From Tubiluchus corallicola (Eukaryota > Animalia > Priapulida), in assembly GCA_030141605.1 (NCBI GenBank), contig JAQGDQ010000013.1, positions 186,001 through 250,000 of the forward strand: a stretch of DNA of 64,000 nt, given 5' to 3'. A model generated the notes under the pieces. The model was not told the origin of the DNA and did no database searches. It saw nothing but the letters and a program-made list of their open reading frames with translations. Shown piece after piece: positions 38,248 to 50,819 of the stretch (positions are counted from its first letter, which is position 1; the number at the start of each line of letters is the position of its first letter). The position numbers and the translations under genes are program-made.

Positions 38248-39099
38248 TTTGACAGCTCTGCGTTTATGTGTTTACCCTGTCGTTAAGTACTACATTTTGC
38301 ACAATGACAGTCTGATACAGCAAACATCCAAAGTGAAAGCTTCTGGAACTATTCTAAAAAATAAAAGTAAAAAAAAAAGATCAGACCAGTTTTAACTTTT
38401 CTTCAGTTAATAACAATTATACAACAACATAAATGTCAGAGAAACATCATCTGAATTATAGTTGTTTTAAGAACTATAAGAAAACAGTGGGCATCATAAT
38501 TTAAAGTTAAAAATTATTCAACAACAAAGCAATGATGGCTCATTGTTATAGTGCACCCTATGCCTACAGGTACAAATCAAAATATTTTCGGGAACTTTTG
38601 ATTTTAACCATGACTTCTTAAACCTGGAAATTACATATTACATCAGTGATCAAGGTTTCGCCAATAAGCAGACTTTTTCAGATAGAATAAGGTGCAATAT
38701 TATTTATTAGACGTTAGTAAATCCATTACACATGTATGATACAACTTTTGAATCCAAAATAATAAATGTGATTTTTCAATATTTAGCTCTAAAATCATTT
38801 TCGTTGCAGATTCGGTTGTTAAATGTAATTTTGTTGCAGCACTATCGAGCATTTCTACAAACGTTTTCAACACATCCGCTTTCTCAATCCAATTATTTAA
38901 CAACAGGTCTGTGCATGTTTCATCTATAAATGCAGATCAGTAACACACATACAGTTGCTAAACAGTGCCGAGCATAACACGTTATGTGTGTGAACGCTGT
39001 AGAAAAAGATAGCTTCACCGTCGGGACAACAGCAATGTTAAACATTTTAAACTATAAACACGCTTTGATGCGACAAAAGCTATTTAAATTTATTAGCTA

Positions 39100-41376
39100 C
39101 AGTAGTCACTGCTTAATAGACTCACGGTTAATAGACTCAATCGCTTAATTGACTCAAAAATGCCTGGAACGGGCCGTTTCTATTCAAATATACATAAAAA
39201 CTATCGGTAATTGACTCAAATAACTTTGCTTAATTGACTCAATATTTTCCTTCATGTACTTAAAATAAGACATATGTATGTGCCCAAATAGCCTTTCCTA
39301 CTTTTATGTCATCTTTACTTCCCTTTTGTGCATTATATATGTAGAAACAATCATGTTAAGTGCCGTTTTGTTTGTCAACAGGTACGTTTATCATACGCTA
39401 GCGTAGCGGTTTTGCTTCGAATCTGTTATCCGCTCGCCCACTGCAATTAACCTCGTTACCCAAAGCACTTCTGGAAGCTAAACATTTAATCACTTGCCTA
39501 GCAGTTTCCTTTTGATGTTCTAGTTGCAAATCACGCTTTCAGGTTTAATGAATTAATAGTCAAAGATGTGATGTACTTACAAGAGTAAACATCATACAGC
39601 AAATAAGAGCATAGAGTTAAGAAGTTTGAAAAATGGAGCATAAGCATAAAGATCTAACAGTTAAGGAGAAACTGAAAATTTTAGAGCAGTACGATAAACT
39701 TCCAAAGATGGGGCAGAGGTGTGCAGCAGCGCAGTTAAACATTTCCCAAAGCACTTTCGGCAGAATACTGAAAAAATGATCTGAAATTGAGCAAGCCAAA
39801 ATGAGAGCATCTAAGAGGCGACACACAGGAAAAGACTGTAAAGTGGAGTCAGCATTAAAAGTGTGGTAACACAAGAGAAAAAGATGCTTGAGTGAATTTC
39901 CTTTAATGCAACAGAAAGCAGAGGATTTGGCAAAGAAAATGGGAAAGGAAGATTTTGTTGCAACAGATGGGTGGTTTCAGCAATGGAGAAAGCGTGAAAA
40001 CATCGTGTACAAATGTACCCATGGTGAGGAAAAGGATGCTGATGTTCCAGCTGCTGAAAATTGGATAGAAGAAGAGTGGCCAAAAATTATTGCAGGGTAT
40101 TCACCCGACAACATTTACAACGCCGATGAAACTGGACTTTATTTTAGAGGTTTGCATGAGCACACCTACTTATTTGAGAAGAAATGGCAAAGGGGTGTAA
40201 GATTTCAAAAGAACGCGTGACAGTGTTATGCTGTGTAAGCATGTCAGGAAAGAAGGTAAAACTGCTGGTGATTGGTAAGCAAGAATCCCCCATGTTTTAA
40301 AGGTGTTACAACGTTACCGGTAGATTACTGTGCAAACTTGAATGCTTGGATGATGGCTGTATTGTTTAACGAATGGTTAGTGAAATTGGATGTGAGCTTA
40401 AAGCGAAACATTATTTTACTGGTAGACAACTGTAGTGCCCATGTACTCAGTGCATCATTGAAACACATTAAAGTTGCGTTTTTGAATGGAAACACCACAT
40501 CACTTATTCAGCCCTGTGATCAATGCACTGAAGGCATACTATAGAAGAGAAATGCTGGCGAGAGTGTTAGAAGAAATGGATGCCACTGATCAATTAAGCG
40601 CAAACGACTTAGCCAAAAAACTACCCTCCTGAACGCTTTACATTTACTAGCTATGTCATGGAGTAATGTAAGTGAGCAGACGATTCGGAGCTGTTTTAGT
40701 CATGCCCAATTCGCTTGTGATTCAATTCCCACTAAGTTGCAGGAGATAAGCCTGTTACCATCTACTCCACCTGGTATGAGCAGCAGCGAGTTCGAGACCT
40801 GAGTGGAAATTGATTTGGCCATTCAAGCCACGTCACAAATAACCAATGACGAAATCATCACCATTGCAAGGAGGAGACAAGAAGAACGTAAAGAGGCCAT
40901 TTGCAGGGAAACAAGGGCACCACCAACTGCAGTTCAAGCATGTTAAGCGCCAAATGTTTTACGAGAATAAGTGCACCACACAGCAACAGATTTTCAACGT
41001 TTTTATAATTACGAGAACTTTGTGAGCCAACTTTTCCGTGGAAAATGAAGCAGCCGACTTTGAAGGAATTTTTGCGATTTTTGCAAATTAAACAGACTTA
41101 AAAAAGTCTGTGATTTAGAAAAGTATAACTTTTAATTTATTGCTAATTCACTTATATAAATGAATATTTTAAATTTTTTTCTGATTTTCAACTGCACAAA
41201 GGAATTTAGGCATTACTTCGTTTCTAAAATTCATTAAAAGCCTTTGCAGTGCATAGTAAACTGATGACTCATACTTCTACAGCAGTAGTACTACACCCAT
41301 CGGTTAATAGGTTCAATCGGTTAATTGGGTCAAAACACGACGGTCCCAAAGTGAGTCTATTAAGCGGCGACTACTG
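39100..41376 (+). mobile_element. Full-length decayed Tigger/pogo DNA transposon (2277 bp)
   Basis: TA TSDs. 26-bp TIRs CAGTAGTCACTGCTTAATAGACTCAC / CAGTAGTCGCCGCTTAATAGACTCAC. Subterminal TTAAT(A/T)GACTCA repeats. Confidence 0.95.
39633..41101 (+). pseudogene. Tigger/pogo (TIGD4/6-like) transposase pseudogene
   Basis: CENP-B-type HTH (KDLTVKEKLKILEQY...LNISQST), F.ATDGWF, DDD motifs YNADETGL / LLVDNCSAH / IQPCDQ, and C-terminal KQPTLKEFL. Disrupted by stops (e.g. TGA 39777-39779) and frameshifts. Confidence 0.92.
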
Positions 41377-41471
41377 TATTTGCAAAACTGGAGAACAGGT
41401 ACAGTTCAATTAAACATATGAGGAGGTATTAAATTATTCAGCAAAATAAGTGTATAGACCCAAGTAAGGCT

Positions 41472-41563
41472 AACTTAACAATCCATTTATTCTTATCTTC
41501 GTTAATGGCCTAAAATAGCTTTTTAAAGGTTTATAAACCATTTCATTAGGATAACTGACCTCT
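41472..41563 (+). repeat. Dispersed ~92-bp repeat, copy 1
   Basis: AACTTAACA.TCCATTTATTCTTATCTT.GTTAATGGCCT.AAATAGCTTTTTAAAG...ATAACTGACCTCT recurs at 49790-49880 in the same orientation. Confidence 0.9.
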
Positions 41564-43180
41564 TGGTAAAGAAACTGTATTTGTTTTTTGTAAGTTATTC
41601 CTATGGCAAAAATGGTTTTATCTGCCACCTTCCTACTCGTAAGAGCGAAAAATTCCAAGCAGTATATGATTGATAACTATGATTGTAATTCAATTTAAAT
41701 CCGGCTATGTAAACAATCAACATGACAGTGATTATCAGTAATTAGCTCAAATTCGTTGTTCAGTCACCAGGTTGCCATTGTTTGTATTGCATCTTGGGAG
41801 TATTCTCTGACCTCTCCCATCATACCATCTTTCCAAGAATTTTTCCATGTAAATCTGGAAATGGCTAGTAACTGACGTCAAACATATCAGTCTATCGCTC
41901 TGCGTCAAACATATTAGTCTATCGCTGTAATGTAAGCACGCTCAGCAGCATTCAGGAAAAACAGCTCACGCTGGATAACAACTGTCTAAACTAAACTAAA
42001 CAACAAAACAGTCACAACTAATGTCTAATCAGCAGATAAACTGATTGCACTTGTTCACAAACACAAATTTGCAGAGCAGCAGCCATCCTTACACGAAATT
42101 AACACTTCAAGTAGCCAAAAAATGACTTTTCGATTTAAACAGATTGCAGAGATGAAGTTTAAAAGTACTATAAAATACGAGAGACATAAGTATAATAAGA
42201 AAACTAAGCCAGTTAGCCTTGCTTTACAATAAATGAGTCTCTCTTGCCTTTGAGCATATGAACATCCTGCCTGCGATGTATTTTTCCATATTAACTGATT
42301 ATGTGCTCGTCTGCAAGATTTATTCAGTTTTTGTATTTTTCCATTTGTTAGGCTACGGAAATTGAATAAACTTGATTGTTCCATTCCTCATATTGAATGC
42401 CGGAGTTACATAAGTCCCAATGGCATCTTTTAACCATGAGTATAAACAGAAAAAGAGTGCAAAATTAACTAATATTACATTGATGTATAAAATAGGTTTT
42501 GACCACATTTAAATGAATTTTGACTGTGAAGATCTCATTGACGTTCATAAAAACTGGCCAGAAAAGAAAACATTTTGTTTTGTCCTTATTTAAAGTTAAT
42601 CAAATAGTTCGTTTTTATTTAACTTGCAAAACCATAAACTAAACTACACTGCGTATTTTCCTGAATGCAAAATTGTTTAATCAGCAACTCATAGATGTAG
42701 GCGTTGTGCATTTCTTCAATGAAACTAAACTATATGTTTCCACTAATTCACTTGCAATTTCAATTGGCAATGACAAAATCTAGAATCAGGCCAATATTTC
42801 ACCCGCTAACTAATGAAAAGGTCAGCATTTTTCATAACAGTATTAGACGGAGCTGTAGCTAAATATCCCAAACGTACCTGCATTAATTAAGCTCTGTAGT
42901 GGCGTGAAATAACTTGCGCGCTGATTGGGCAGTCAACAAAAATGATTGACATTATCTAAGACGTCAAACGTCAATTAAATGATAATGTATATTGAACATG
43001 GTGAGCTGCGTCCACTTTGAAATCCTCTCCGCTTTTGAGGCAGAAAGACGAAAAATAAACTAAGATATGAAAACAACAAAAAAGTTGGAGATGGAGTCGA
43101 TCACCTACTCTTGCATCTCTATATATATATATAGACACAATTAAGACCATGCTTGCCTGCATTTTCTCTTTAAAAAATGC

Positions 43181-43182
<2 letters not shown>

Positions 43183-43226
<44 letters not shown>
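43183..43226. repeat. (AT)n microsatellite
   Basis: Direct read. Confidence 0.95.
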
Positions 43227-43230
<4 letters not shown>

Positions 43231-43250
43231 AGTCAATATTTTCTGATATA

Positions 43251-43893
43251 CCATATACGTGCATACAAGTCGGTCTTATGTACAAGTCGATGTGCATTTT
43301 AAGACCAAAAATTGCATCATTTTATATATTACCTGTGTACAAGTCGACCATAAAATATAACGATCTTCCAGAGTAAATGAAGTCAACAATGGCCTAATTA
43401 TAAATCAATAGCCTACTGTGTTAGTGTGTAAGATATGTGCAAGAGCCTGGGCCGAGTATATTATACCTACCCAATGTTTACATGTATATATATATTCATG
43501 TTGAGGGCCCTCAATGCAATCTGTGAAATGCAGCCTGGCCTTTTATCACGCATAATTGTTTGTAATGCCTTTAGCCCAAGGATATCATGGCCAGGACCCA
43601 TTGTAACATTTCAGTCGCTGATTTCTCACTTTCTCACATATATTAAAATAAATCACAGTAATATTTGTTAATTTTATGAAGTAATGTCAAGATGCGAACA
43701 TTCTCTGATGTGAAGTATCACAGTATGACTGTTCATTCAGCCCAGCGTATAATGAAGGATTATTTCTTTACATATTCGTATTGTAGACGACTCTTTACTA
43801 CGACATCTCCCAAAAACATATCTTAAGTACATCGACGAAAAATATCACCTTAAAATCGCCTACCAAAAATTCGACTTGTACATAAGTATATGG
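43251..43893. mobile_element. pogo/Tc2-like MITE (643 bp), TA TSD
   Basis: TA|CCATATACGTGCATACAAGTCG ... CGACTTGTACATAAGTATATGG|TA; TACAAGTCG repeated internally. Confidence 0.7.
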
Positions 43894-45572
43894 TAGTCCC
43901 TATTTGCAGATATACTTAGAGATACACAATAAAACTACTTGATGGCGGCAAATGTTCACGCCACAAAAGGTGGAATTTGCTTAATATTTTAATAATTACT
44001 ACAGCTACTACTAGTCACTACTACTACAAGTACTAGTACTACTGGCAGAAATATTAACTCATGCTCGATTAAATATTTCGAGTTATCATTTTACTTGACG
44101 AAATAGCAGTCTTTCTATGCTATGATTCAATTAAACTTAATTCACTTTAAGTACTGATACTACATTTAAGAACATTGGAAACATAAAACAAAACAGTAAA
44201 CGTTTACCAGGCACTATATGACTAAAAAGTGCAGTACTATCACAAAAACAAATAAGCGGCTTCAAATATGCATCATTACCTCTTCTACGCCAGTACGAAA
44301 GTTACAAATAAAAACCAAAAAAAGTTACATAAGTGACAGCCCAATGCTGATTAAACTCTTTCAACATTTATCAGAAAGAAAATGGAGGTGTTTTCACTTA
44401 ACAGAAAATCTGAAACAAAGTAGCGCACCCCGCTTTGGTATTAATATTTTGGGCACGACCAACTCTGCATGGTCATTGGGCAATCCTAGTTTCTTAGCAA
44501 ATTAGCAGCAGCAAGTTTAATTACTATGCGATTTTTTCCTGTAGTTTCCAATAAAAATTACCTGTTTGATTATTTGTAGATCAGATTTTTTCCAAATAAC
44601 AGTACATCTAATCCACCTATTAAACTTACTAAAACCTGCACTTGATTCATAAAACCTCTACTTTTGCAAAGGAGTATAACATTATTTAGGTACAAGGTTT
44701 AAAATGATTTATTGTTATAGTATCAAACTTGTTTAAGACTTATGGTAGTCACGAGCCTACTAATGATAATATTTTTGAGAGATAATAATTATAAAAATAT
44801 TATAATATGATGGACAGACATTGGCAAAGTTCAGTTTCCAATGACGCTTACATAATATACACACTTTAGTGAACTTTAGTTATATGCTACTAGGAATGAG
44901 TGCAGTCTTATACAAGGAACATTATTCTGATGACTGGCCAAAATTTAATGACGGCACTGTAATCACCATGCAGCATTAAAATCCGCCAATCATCAGTGTC
45001 AGCATTAGCAATCAGATGTGAAAGGATATTCCAACTTTCTTCTTTATGCCATTTTTTAATGTTTACCTAGAAATGGTTTGCACTTTAATAATTTATGATT
45101 TGTTAGAAAAATTTCAGACTATCATTTTCAGACAAGGTGGGCCTTCACTTTACATTTTGTGTCTGATTTTTTAATATAACTTTTCTGAACCAATGTGAGA
45201 AATAATCCGACAACATGACACTATGTTCATCACATCTTGATTCTTTTGTGGGAATTTACGAAATACAAAGTACTGTTCACTACTATTTAATCTTGAAACC
45301 CTGAACTTCAAGGTTATCATTAGCAAGGTTATTAAAGAGTAAGCACAAAGGATGTTGCAGAAAACATGGTATGAAATCAAATGTCACTTAGATGTGCTCC
45401 AGCAAGTAACTTTTAGGAAACATGCTAAATTCTACTAATAGGGGAAAAACTTCTTCAGATAAAATGTGAGCTGCACAGTATGTTTATAATGTTTGTACAG
45501 CATGTCTTTTTGTACAGGATGTAGAGGATTGTACATGTTTGTACAAGATGTCTTGTGTAATAAATTTTGGAA

Positions 45573-45730
45573 AATTCCCCACACAGTTTAAGTATCCAAA
45601 CCTTAATCCTAACCCTTTCTCTAACCCTAACCCAGCCCTAACCCTAACCCCAACCCTAATGCTGATCCTAATCATATAACCCTAATCTACTTCATGAACC
45701 AATTTGTTGTGTGTGGGGAATTGTAAACTT
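45573..45730. mobile_element. Short IR element containing a degenerate (CCCTAA)n tract, copy 1
   Basis: Perfect 13-bp IR AATTCCCCACACA (45573-45585) / TGTGTGGGGAATT (45710-45722) around CCTAACCCTAACCC... A second copy lies inverted at 51919-52047. Confidence 0.75.
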
Positions 45731-45869
45731 TAGGTTAAATTTTTATTATAACAGTAAAGGATGTATTTTCTGTATTAACTCGTTTATCTGTTTTTTTCAC
45801 GTCACTTTCATCACAGAAATTAATAAGTTAAAGTCAGCGCTAAGGCGTTTGACTTCACAGATTTCTTAC

Positions 45870-46263
45870 TTTTGCGTTGGGTTTTTAAAGCTTTTTATCG
45901 ACTTCCAGTTTCCACTTTTGCACATTTCAGTTCCAGCTGTATTTCTCCTAAAAGCTTTGTTATTTGACTGTTGTTTTGGTTTACTTACTTGTTCACTGTT
46001 TGAATTGGAAACTTCGAACATAATAAAGTTCAGCCCTGGACGACAATTATAACGAAACCCAGTCGTGATTATTTTTTTGCGGTCGTGAACAATTGAAAAC
46101 AAAACAGACGCGACTTTTTCGGAGCTCTTGAATCGAAGACTAGTTTATTATAGTATGCTAGTAGCTTGTTTTCGCGGGATTTCATTTTTATAATTTCCCC
46201 AGTAATGAAAATTGTATGACTTAGTTTTATCACCAAAAAAACTACTGTGGAAAAATGGCGCCG
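45870..46263. promoter_or_regulatory. Probable bidirectional promoter / first exons of MAP4K (-) and PARP2 (+)
   Basis: CpG-retaining island in CpG-poor DNA. Minus-strand donor AA|GTAAGA at 45870/45869. E2F-like TTTCGCGG at 46170-46177. YY1-type AAAATGGCG overlapping the PARP ATG (46252-46260). Confidence 0.5.
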
Positions 46264-49200
46264 CAGGGAAAGACTAAAAAATGTCTGAGTAAACCAGGTG
46301 ATGATACTTATAGTTATGCTAAATAAGTTTTTAAAAATAACCTATCTATCTTTATTCTTTTAATGGGAAGCACTGCCCTGTACAGTTTAATGTCGCATAA
46401 GCGCAAATTCAACCTAGTTTACACATGAAGTTGATCTAGTGGAATCACAGCTACAGTGGCCGCCGCTTATTGTGGACACCTCGGGCCAGCAGTGTATGTC
46501 CATATTAAGCGAAGTGACCCATGAAGACCCTTCCCCTTCATTAAAAAAGGCAAAAAACTGTCTGTATCAACTCGTCTCCTGTTTTATTGAAAAAAAGAAG
46601 TCAGACGAGTTTGTTTGGCAGGAAACTTTTCTCTCAACCTTGAACGGAAGGAAGTTATCACAGTTTCGAAGCTCTCAAGGCCACGGCGAACTGACTGATG
46701 CAATGACTCACACAGGCAGCAGAGCGGGAAGCTCTTTTCAATCACGCGCGCAGGCCGTGGTTGGCACGGCTGGTTCACGTTATATGACCTTACGTTATAG
46801 GTTCGCTGTCCATATTAAGCGGCGGTTGTCCATATTAACCGGCGGATTTTATTAGGGGAAAATTCCGTCCCTCGCGAGTTGTCCACAATAACCGGCTGTC
46901 CACAATAACCGTGTCCATAATAAGCGGCGGCCACTGTATCAGGAAATAATTGTTTGTGACAAGAATAAGTGCAATTAATAAAAAATTCCATGGTATAGTG
47001 CCTTGATTAGTGGGTTGCTGCTAATGTACTGTCTAATTCGTTGAAATATTTATTGATGTAATGAATAACAAAGACTATGTAAGGCAAGAGACATTTATTT
47101 CTGCTAATGAAACACGTAAATTAACTTGACAACCTCATAGAATAGCTTCATAACTCTCACAACAATCTCGTAAACACGTATTCTAGCATCTGCCAGCACG
47201 CCATCCATTGTTCACTAAAATGCAAAAACTGGACAACAGAACAATGCCTGACAATCATTAATAGAGGGCAGTGCCATCCAATAAAGGTAAATTCAGTCAG
47301 GCAATTACGTGGCTCCCCTAAATTGACCAGACTGTATGGGCTATTTACATCAGCCTGTGACTAACGTACAACCAGTGATTGCCATAACTACAAAATTTGT
47401 CAGAACAAAGTTCAAGCTGGTTAAATTTGACTCCTAATTGTAAAGAGGCAACATAGCTGCATAGTAGAACATGTGTTTTGTCTCAAACAACATTAAACCA
47501 ACAGGCAATCAAAACTCTGTATCCATTAAGATAAATACAACTTGTATGAACGTAAGCATGGGCACAAGGCAAAGCGCAGATTTACTAAACTAGTAAATTC
47601 AACACAAACTGGAAAATGTCTGACTACATTACAAATTACTCAGAACTCAATGCTACTATGACACTAAGATTTATATTAGTTGCTAAACAGTGCAATGTGA
47701 AATAAACTATAATCGTGACGAATTACATCTTCGGTGGGAACATATCAAGCAAAACCTGCGATGCTAGTAATGCTCATCATTCATTATATAATTCAATAAT
47801 CATATAATATAATACTGAAATTATCTAATAATTGCTAGCTAACCATATCAGTGTTTGCGGAAATTTTACACACGTGATTAAATTTACTATAAGCAATGAC
47901 AAATCAATAATTTATGTTCATAGACTTACTAATGTTCATATGACACAATCACAAACAGAGATTAAACTTGTTCGCAAATGAATTTCTGTTTCTAACACCA
48001 ATCCAGCAGTTACTATATGCTTGTAATTTAATTGCAGAAATTGAGTACACAAATTCAAACAACAACATTTGGTATTCCAAGCATTACCATGGTCCAGATA
48101 GACTTAGTTTATTGCAGGCTCACGAATACAAATGGGTGATCAAATTTCTTTACAACTTAAACTAAATTCACATTATATTCGGGTTAACCTTAAATGTAAT
48201 ATAAAGTGTAAAGTCACTAACAGGAAACACCAAAACTGCACAGATTTAAGCAAAATAAGCTATTTTATTGAAAAACATTAAAGAAGTTTCATAGCAAGTG
48301 ACTCATCAGCTAGAGGTGGTAATGTTACAGCTGGCTTACAAGAGGGAAGCCTCGATTGGGCAGAGGATAACAGTTAAGCAGTAATGCCTATGTCACAAGT
48401 AGGGTGTAACCATCATTCATGACAGAGGCAAATGTTTCCACAATTGAAGCCATAGTGCTCTTACAAAAGTAATTATGCATATTGCTCGCACTTACGCAAT
48501 CACAGGTATCAGTACATGAACCTGACATGACTATTCAGTACATGTATGCTCCTTGACGGGAACACCTCGGTAGTAAGTGAAAACCCATATAACAATAACA
48601 TACAGTTGTACTAATGTGTACATCTTAACTTCGCATACTAATCTTGAGCTACCTTGACTATTGCACCAAACCTGAGATTATTAGATCAATGCACATTGTA
48701 TACCTCATGTTGTACGGCACATTCAATATACCAATTACAACAATTAACAATAGGTCTCTTACACTTGGATAGCTACATCTCAAAGAATCTCACTTCGCTT
48801 AAAGATATCACTCTTGGCATTGGAAGCCTGACGGAGCTCGCCATGGAGCACCGTAGGGCGTTTATCACAAATTGTACAAGTGCACCTGTTCTTGCATTGC
48901 TTAAAGGTATGGCCAGGAACTTGGTAGCCAAAACAAAGGTTGTGCATCTAAGCGAAGATTTTGTGCAATTCAAAGGTTTTCTAAAGAAGGACTGGCACTC
49001 AGATAACTTGTATCCACCATTAAAAAAGCACTAGACTTGTAGGGTGTGATCTTGCTCATGCCCCTTTGTGCTCATTATTTCAAATTTAAAATTGCCTTTT
49101 TCTGTGCTTCCCACTTGTGAGAACTGTTAGTGTTACTCCTTAGACATGAAGTCAATAACATTTCACTGCACAAATTGTGAATATGAAATAATTTTACAAT

Positions 49201-50688
49201 TTTGCATCTGAACTTTTTGAAACCAAAGAGTAATATATCATTATAGTTTGTCTAAAAACCTAATATGCGAACAAAGTTACGTTAACATTAAGGCTATTTT
49301 TGGCAAGTAAGCCAGACAAAGCAGCTGGTCAAGCTTGGGTTGACAATATTCACTTCAAGCTTTTAAAAAATGTAATTCATAGTATTTACACAGGTAGAAA
49401 AAAATCAGACTTGGGTACCCTTTTCCTTATATCCGTCAGGTACTAGATTGTTAAGGTTCAGCGGCAGTGAAGAATTTGTAATCATTTACGTTTTTAATAA
49501 AAATAACCACTGGTACATTTCAACTAACTGCACTGTTATGTTAATAACAAGCATTCAGTTATTACACCCTGAGAGCCTGAACACACGATCTATGAGTCAC
49601 AAAAGTTACTGTTTTCCCACACAAGTCATTTGACAGAGTTTTTCCCAGCCAGACTTCTTAATTACTTAATTGCATGCTTCGTCGTGAGACAGCTACGTCA
49701 GCCTACTAGGTACCGATGCTGAGTACTATTAATACAGCCTAGGGTTTAGGGGAATAAAATAATTATATTATCCTTTTTGTGTGCTGTTAAACTTAACAGT
49801 CCATTTATTCTTATCTTTGTTAATGGCCTGAAATAGCTTTTTAAAGATTGATAAACCATTTCATTGGATAACTGACCTCTATACATAGTTGTGATGTATT
49901 TATGTACATACTTAGCATGAATGTGTGTTGTTACAAATGTTGGACAGTGTTCCCTCGCTACTACGCGGTTCGTTTATCGCGGACTCGCTGTTTCGCGGGT
50001 TTTCAAAAATATTAAAGTAAAATATTTATCGCTGTATTTTCGCTGTTTAGCTGGTTTTTGCGGTACTACTCATCTAGGCTTAAGAGTTTAAAACATTTTG
50101 ATGAACATTTAAGTAAAGTTTTTTAAAAGGTACATGTACAGTATGGGAAAAGTTATTAAGGGAATGGGAAAGGGTTATGTATAAGAGTGTGGGAAGTGTT
50201 TATAAAGATTTAAAATAATGTATAACTACTAAAATAAGCATAGCAGCTCTACTTCGCGGAAATTCACTTATCGCAGGTGGGCCTGCGAGAAGTGAGGGAA
50301 CACTGTAGTTTTGTTTGGACAAAACTCACTTAAAATACGGCTACTACTATGTGCCATATTGTCTTCAGCTGTCTCTGGCATGGAGGGATGTATCCACATA
50401 TTCTTACAAGAAATTTTTGCCAGAATTTTCCGTCATTACTTTTTGGTGCACTGTTCATGTAATGACATGTTTTTGTTTTTGAAGATGTGGTGAATAATAG
50501 TGCAACATTAACAAATGGAACTGCTGATAATGTGCATAACTTGTACTGGGAATGGGAAGACGATGGTAGCAAGTGGACAGCTTATTCAAGTAAACAATCA
50601 AAAGCTCTTAATGTTGCATATGAAAAAGGACAAAAAGAGGTTAGATAATGTTAGAATAAACATTTTATGTTGTTATTAAACATTATTG

Positions 50689-50740
<52 letters not shown>

Positions 50741-50760
50741 CATCATCATCATCATCATCA

Positions 50761-50819
<59 letters not shown>

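Noticed and set aside
45600-45690. True telomere or chromosome-fusion scar
   Set aside because: Short, degenerate, enclosed by IRs and duplicated with its flanks elsewhere in the window.
46439-46855. 138-aa ORF in PARP2 intron 1
   Set aside because: Lies almost entirely inside a GC-rich MITE; no transposase motifs.
48283-48316. Hammerhead-like core CTGATGA...GAAAC on the minus strand
   Set aside because: Stem II (GTCACTTGCTAT) cannot pair, and flanking stems were not found.
48654-49034. 126-aa + ORF
   Set aside because: No ATG start in the track's first codon, no recognisable domain or usable splice chain; adjacent to a decayed LINE.
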